From NCBI GenBank assembly GCA_038858525.1, contig JAWCFL010000008.1, positions 23,493 through 42,674 of the forward strand: a stretch of 19,182 nucleotides of DNA, given 5' to 3'. The notes beneath the pieces were generated by a model. It was not told the origin of the DNA. It worked only from the letters and a program-made list of their open reading frames with translations, and did not search any database. Position numbers and translations under genes: made by a program. Shown here piece by piece: positions 14,747-19,182 of this stretch. How positions within the stretch are numbered: the first letter of the stretch is position 1; each line of letters starts with the position of its first letter. Source of the DNA: Candidatus Jordarchaeales archaeon. Its GTDB lineage: Archaea > Asgardarchaeota > Jordiarchaeia > Jordiarchaeales > Freyrarchaeaceae.

Positions 14747-15848
14747 GGGAAGCAAGCGGCCTCCTCCTTCTTTCCCGAAGAATTAAGGTGAGAAACAATG
14801 CGAGGGCCGCCGCGCAGCCTACCACAGCAAACATTACGGTTGACCTGTAACCGTATGCCTGACTCACAGCTCCGCCAATTACCGGGCCCACAGTGGACGC
14901 AACGCCTCTAACAGTTCCCAGGAAGCCTACGGCTGTACCCCTCTCGTTACCTCTCTCTGCAACGTATGTAAGGGATCCTACGTAAAGGAGGGACCATGAA
15001 AGGGCGAGCAACAGTTGAGCTAGGAGAACGTGGACATAGTTTCCCGAAGCGAAGTAAGCAACGAATGTTAGTAGGGAGAAGAGGAGGCCGGAGGCGACGA
15101 GGCGTCCACTGTTAAACCTGTCTATGAAGGGCATTATGAAGAACTGGGCAAACGTGTTGGTGGCGTATATCACTCCAATCCAGAAGCTGTTCGCTCCAAT
15201 ATCCTCCAGGAATAGGGGGAAAACCGCCCACACCGCATTCGCACTCATATGTCTAATAAGGAATGAAGCATAGACAGGCAAGCCTCTCCTTACAATGTTC
15301 CATGAAAAGAACGGGACGTTTAGTTTAACATCCTTAACGTCCATCTTTAGGGAGATGAGGAAGCCTGCTGCGAAGAGGAAGCCGGAGGACAGAAAAACAT
15401 CCTTGTAATTGTATGCGAAGGATATGAAAAGACTGCCAACCCCCCACCCAAGAGCTCCAAAGGATACGAGGCTACCAAGGCGGCCTCTCTTTTCATATCC
15501 CTGCACCGCCAACACTGTAGGATAAATACCGGCGCATATTCCTGAGAGACCCCTAACTGCTAGGAGGTGGAGGGGTGTAGGGGAAAGCGCATGGAGCGGA
15601 AACACGACGGCTGCTATGGCCAGACTTGCTTTGAGCAGCTTCCCTCTACTGAAGACATCTGAAAACCATCCTGAAATGTACGAGGAGACGAGAAGAGAAA
15701 AACCATAGACAGCACCTATTAATCCGATCTCAAAGTTCGAGGCGCCAAGAGACTTAGCGAAGAGGGGGACAACCACAAGTGAAGCCGAAACAGCGCAGTC
15801 GGAAAGAAGAAGAACAGCGCTCTCCTTAATGACTGCTAGGCTCGCCAC
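14715..15848 (-). CDS. Major facilitator superfamily transporter
   Basis: About 12 TM segments; motif-A-like GWFSDVFSRGK in the N-half and PFIDRFNSGR in the C-half; GPVIGG motif; SD GAGGGG. Confidence 0.9.
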   Translation of the reverse strand: MASLAVIKESAVLLLSDCAVSASLVVVPLFAKSLGASNFEIGLIGAVYGFSLLVSSYISGWFSDVFSRGKLLKASLAIAAVVFPLHALSPTPLHLLAVRGLSGICAGIYPTVLAVQGYEKRGRLGSLVSFGALGWGVGSLFISFAYNYKDVFLSSGFLFAAGFLISLKMDVKDVKLNVPFFSWNIVRRGLPVYASFLIRHMSANAVWAVFPLFLEDIGANSFWIGVIYATNTFAQFFIMPFIDRFNSGRLVASGLLFSLLTFVAYFASGNYVHVLLAQLLLALSWSLLYVGSLTYVAERGNERGTAVGFLGTVRGVASTVGPVIGGAVSQAYGYRSTVMFAVVGCAAALALFLTLILRERRRRPLASPTVSTCQVNP

Positions 15849-16266
15849 ACGAACCCCTCACAGCCCTTTTCCCATTGAAAGCCACTCACCTAACAAACAC
15901 CGCATCACTCAACTGGCAAACCATAGATAAGCTAACAAACCCATGGATTTCCTAAGGATACCATCCAGCAATCATCCTGAAAAATTCCTTTGTGAGCCAA
16001 GAGCCTACGTCCGCTCTCCAAACTCCTAAAATCCAAGCACCATTTAAAGGTTTCCAGTCTCCCTAATCAGTAAAAACCCTTCCACCAATCATGGCGATAG
16101 GCGAAGACGCAAACTTAACGTTCAATAAGTGGACGAGTAAGTGTAGCGAAGAGTTAAACACCAACAGAGCACGAGGTATAATGGATAAAACGGAGCACGA
16201 AAACAACTTGTCCCAAGGCGAGAAACTGATAAGCTAATCGAAGCATCTTCCCCATTCCTTTATTTC

Positions 16267-16638
16267 TCAGCAATTATCTTCAATAAATGATTCAGCGTAT
16301 TTCAAGAGGGCATCTTTATCGTCTTTCTCCAACGCTTTTATGACGTTTATAACATCGAGCCCGGGAGCGTACTTCTTTATAAGCTCTCCTAGAATGCAGA
16401 TTAAAAAAGCCTTAGCTGCGCACTCAAGCTTTCCGAGCGCCATAACCAGCCGATTATACGACTCCTTAGGTTTTTCCAGGAAACCCTTTACTATTTCGGT
16501 CATGCTCTCAGAGCCAAACTCCTCCGTTACGGCCTCGAAAACGCTTTTAAAGTAGAAGTAACCTTGAGTCTCTTTAAGAGAATTTATAGTTTCGATGAGT
16601 TTTGTTGCTATTCTTTCATAAATGATCGTTGAGTTCAT
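16267..16638 (-). CDS. Small helical protein resembling the archaeal DUF3227/NitrOD5-type domain
   Basis: 123 aa. The pattern FLEKPKESYNRLVMALGKLECAAKAFLICILGEL matches my recollection of the P-x2-F/Y-x3-L-x3-G core of that family. The family call is tentative. Confidence 0.6.
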   Translation of the reverse strand: MNSTIIYERIATKLIETINSLKETQGYFYFKSVFEAVTEEFGSESMTEIVKGFLEKPKESYNRLVMALGKLECAAKAFLICILGELIKKYAPGLDVINVIKALEKDDKDALLKYAESFIEDNC

Positions 16639-16776
16639 AATTGATCACCGTAACACATGCGATTTAATTTAACATCAACGTTACTTATAAATATTATCAT
16701 AAAATCACTAGTTACCTTGTAAATACGTTATGTTTAATGCAATGTTTTTTATTATTTATTGTTTTTTCCGTTTAAA

Positions 16777-16791
16777 TCATAAAAATTATGA
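16777..16791. promoter_or_regulatory. Inverted repeat TCATAA-N3-TTATGA, candidate transcription-factor site
   Basis: Perfect 6-bp arms in the AT-rich spacer between divergent genes. Confidence 0.35.
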
Positions 16792-16909
16792 AGAAATAAA
16801 GAATAACGATGATTTTTTATTTGAGGATGGGTTCTTTGACTTTTCAATCTTAAGTCATGAGAAATTTTTTTCTTTTGTCGCGTTGCTTTAGTGTTATTGT
16901 TGTTGCTGG

Positions 16910-17341
16910 TTGGTGGTGAAGGTGACTGTTGTTTCGAGGCGTGTCAGGTTTTCGACAAAGGGGGAGGTCGACATGGTCGACGTCACTCACATGGTTCAGA
17001 GGGCTGTCGAAGAGTCTGGTTTGAAGAAGGGAATTGTGACTGTCTTCGTGCCTGGCTCGACGGGCGCTGTGACCACGATAGAGTATGAGCCTGGACTCCT
17101 GAAGGATTTCCCGAGGATGCTTGAAAAAATAGCCCCGAGGGGTGAGGAGTATGAACATCACTTGAGGTGGCATGACTGGAACGGGCACAGCCACTGCAGA
17201 GCTGCCCTACTTGGTCCAAGCCTCACTGTTCCCTTCGAGGATGGGAGGCTTCAACTTGGGACGTGGCAACAAATAGTATTTGTGGAGCTTGACGTTAAGC
17301 CTAGAGAGAGGGAGCTGATACTTCAGTTGATCGGCGAGTAG
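16910..17341 (+). CDS. yjbQ: YjbQ/UPF0047 family protein (secondary thiamine-phosphate synthase-like)
   Basis: GIVTVFVPGSTGAVTTIE, YEHH, DWNGHSHCRAALLGPS, LQLGTWQQIVFVELD, PRERE. The start may be GTG 16916. Confidence 0.92.
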   Translation: MVVKVTVVSRRVRFSTKGEVDMVDVTHMVQRAVEESGLKKGIVTVFVPGSTGAVTTIEYEPGLLKDFPRMLEKIAPRGEEYEHHLRWHDWNGHSHCRAALLGPSLTVPFEDGRLQLGTWQQIVFVELDVKPRERELILQLIGE

Positions 17342-18237
17342 TGTCTCGCCGCCTGAGGAGGCATGCCATGAAGGTTGATAGGAAGGTGCTTAGACGAGCT
17401 GTGGATGAATTGGGGTTTGAGAGCCTTCTCCACTTAATGTCCAGTTGGGGGGTTAGTGTCAGGGGAGTCAATGATAAAGATGAGGCTTTTAGGAGGATTT
17501 GGGAGGCGGGGGTGACGCCGGTTAGGCTTGAGGACATTTTGGCTGTTCTTGACTTGGAGCAGAGCCTTCCATTTACTTTTTGGCGTGTCTACACGTTTCA
17601 GCGTCCAAGTGGTGCCATTAGGGTTGGGACAGTGGAGAGGAGGCTTAACAGGGAGATGAGCAGGAGGGCTGAAGGGGAGAGGGCAGGCTACTTTAGGGCT
17701 CTGAGCATTGGTAATGGGGTAATTTGTGTTTTTTACAGGTTTGAAAGGGAAGAGCTGGTTGGCGAGAGGGGGGGAGTTAGGATAGTTCGCAGGATTTGCC
17801 ACTTGAAATCTATTGTAGGTAATGGCTTGCTCTTGGTTGAGGAGGACGAGTGGCTTGAGTGGGTTTTAGAGCTGCTATCGATAGCTTTGGGAGCGGAGCT
17901 TAACTCTGTGACTTTTCCCCCGTTCTTGCTTAGAGAGCTTGCTGAGCGGAACGTGGTTAGGCGTGCTGTGGTCTTTCTTGATGGGCAGATAACGGGTGCT
18001 CCGGGGCTGAGCAGGGTAGTTGTAGAGGGGGAGAACGTTGTTAAGGGGGCTGAGAAGCTTAGGTCGCGGCAGGAGCTGAACTTTTGGTCTGCTGGGCCTC
18101 TCCTTGAGATAGAGACTGACATGTTTATGTTCTCGTCTAGCGGGCGGGTCAAAATTAAAGATGGGAAAGGAATGTTTGGGGTGAAAGAAATGCTACGGCT
18201 CATTGAGGATATATTAAAATCCCAGGAGAACGCTTAA
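17341..18237 (+). CDS. Hypothetical protein, putative CENP-N/Chl4-like (eukaryotic signature candidate)
   Basis: The CDS itself is well supported: 298 codons, TAGTG overlap with the yjbQ stop, and an alternative ATG 17368 with SD GAGGAGG. The CENP-N resemblance comes from manual motif alignment only (see findings). Confidence refers to the CDS; I put the homology at about 0.6. Confidence 0.85.
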   Translation: MSRRLRRHAMKVDRKVLRRAVDELGFESLLHLMSSWGVSVRGVNDKDEAFRRIWEAGVTPVRLEDILAVLDLEQSLPFTFWRVYTFQRPSGAIRVGTVERRLNREMSRRAEGERAGYFRALSIGNGVICVFYRFEREELVGERGGVRIVRRICHLKSIVGNGLLLVEEDEWLEWVLELLSIALGAELNSVTFPPFLLRELAERNVVRRAVVFLDGQITGAPGLSRVVVEGENVVKGAEKLRSRQELNFWSAGPLLEIETDMFMFSSSGRVKIKDGKGMFGVKEMLRLIEDILKSQENA

Positions 18238-18350
18238 TGCTAACTCCGGCAATTAAGGGACATTCAGTGAATGCGTTAATTATTGATGCTATTTAAGTGT
18301 TTTAGGGTGAAACGATGTTGCTAACTTTTGCAGCGGAGGAGGGATTATCC

Positions 18351-18379
18351 AAAAATTTTTATTACTTTGAATTTAAATT
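18351..18379 (+). promoter_or_regulatory. AT-rich promoter region of the KaiC-like gene
   Basis: AAAAATTTTT (18351-18360) and AATTTAAATT (18370-18379, containing the TATA-like TTTAAA); SD GGAGG before TTG 18449. Confidence 0.4.
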
Positions 18380-18448
18380 TCAGTATCAGAGTGAAACGGT
18401 TGAGGCTTTCCTGCTATATTGCAGTAAGCGAGTGATGGAGGTTTTGTT

Positions 18449-19168
18449 TTGGAAAGGGTGAAGACAGGAGTTGAAGGGCTTGACAGGATTCTTGGCGGAG
18501 GAGTTCCTAGAGGCTCAAGCGTGCTGGTGACTGGCGGCACAGGCACAGGAAAGACGACGCTTTCAATGCAGTTCCTTATGGAGGGATTGCAGAACGGCGA
18601 AAATTGCCTTTTGGTGACGTGTGAGGAGGAGCCGCGCAGGCTCTACATGGAGATGAAGCAGCTCGGATGGGATTTTGAGAAATTTGAAAAAGATGGGAGG
18701 CTCATCGTGATAGATGCGGCAAGCACTAAGGCCGGCATGCCAACTGCCACCACGTACAAGGACCTTCAGCCGAGGAGCGCCAACATAGACATGGATTTAG
18801 TTGTGCTCATAGGCAAGGCGATAAGGGAGTACAATGTGAAGAGGGTTGTCCTTGACTCTGTGCCAGCTTTAGCCTTAAGGGTTGGGAAGCCGGAAGCTCT
18901 AAGGGAACTACTTTTCAGAGTGTACTCTATGCTGGAGAGGTTCGATTGCACAAGCTTCGTCGTAACTGAGATACCGGAGGGAGAAGGCTTCCTCAGCAGG
19001 TATGGCGTGGAAGAGTTTCTCTCAAGCGGAGTAATAAAGCTCTCCCTTCAGAGGGAAGGAGGCAAGTGGGTTAGGAAGATACAGGTGGTAAAGATGCGGG
19101 GAACAAGTCATGACCTCAACGAACATGTCTTCGAAATAACAAAGGAAGGAATAAAGCTTAAGGATTAA
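18449..19168 (+). CDS. Single-domain KaiC/RAD55-like RecA-superfamily ATPase
   Basis: VKTGVEGLDRILGGGVPRGS, Walker A GGTGTGKT, catalytic CEEEP, Walker B RVVLDS, VVKMRGTSHD arginine-finger motif. Confidence 0.93.
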   Translation: MERVKTGVEGLDRILGGGVPRGSSVLVTGGTGTGKTTLSMQFLMEGLQNGENCLLVTCEEEPRRLYMEMKQLGWDFEKFEKDGRLIVIDAASTKAGMPTATTYKDLQPRSANIDMDLVVLIGKAIREYNVKRVVLDSVPALALRVGKPEALRELLFRVYSMLERFDCTSFVVTEIPEGEGFLSRYGVEEFLSSGVIKLSLQREGGKWVRKIQVVKMRGTSHDLNEHVFEITKEGIKLKD

Positions 19169-19182
19169 CGCGAGACGCTTTC

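Noticed and set aside
15895-15985. ATGATT...GTGATG on the minus strand as possible C/D-box sRNA boxes
   Set aside because: The C box is imperfect and no CTGA D or D' box lies at a suitable spacing.
16049-16063. GGTTTCCAGTCTCCC, resembling an ORB (origin recognition box) half-site
   Set aside because: Single partial match, no G-string-flanked repeats and no orc1/cdc6 gene in the window.
16850-17219. ORFs 16850..17194 (-), 16891..17088 (+) and 16983..17219 (-)
   Set aside because: They overlap the unambiguous YjbQ gene in other frames and have no independent support.
17301-18203. Minus-strand ORFs 17301..17537, 17434..17802 and 17733..18203
   Set aside because: Antisense to the CENP-N-like CDS, with low-complexity P/S/N composition typical of shadows.
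1023-18951. Remaining short track ORFs nested in or antisense to assigned genes (e.g. 1023..1250, 1257..1493, 2227..2445, 3100..3498, 10765..11178, 11928..12344, 16340..16555, 18766..18951)
   Set aside because: No SD, promoter or motif support; consistent with shadow frames.
1-19182. CRISPR arrays, IS elements, integrases, rRNA
   Set aside because: I saw no regularly spaced direct repeats, terminal inverted repeats with target duplications, transposase/recombinase motifs or rRNA signatures.

Overview
Archaeal genomic window, gene-dense, roughly 50% GC by eye, with TATA-like boxes, GGAGG/GGTGG Shine-Dalgarno sites and many GTG/TTG starts. It has 21 supportable CDSs; I found no rRNA, tRNA, CRISPR array or mobile element. 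Recognisable genes: U32 peptidase-family protein (partial), a lipid-linked glycosylation cluster (metallophosphoesterase, UPF0104 flippase-like, GT2, GT-C, SAM methyltransferase), stand-alone B3/4 editing domain, compact HDAC-family deacetylase, radical SAM enzyme, family-4 UDG, MFS transporter, YjbQ and a single-domain KaiC/RAD55-like ATPase. The standout is the hypothetical ORF 17341-18237. By manual comparison with CENP-N/Chl4 sequences recalled from memory, it resembles this eukaryotic inner-kinetochore protein from N- to C-terminus. A second orphan (1078-1524) resembles the C-terminal helices of SNAP/Sec17 or PCI proteins, and a TPR-like solenoid plus beta-sandwich protein is also present. 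Together these suggest, but do not prove, an Asgard-type host. No database searches were run; all family calls come from motif recognition.
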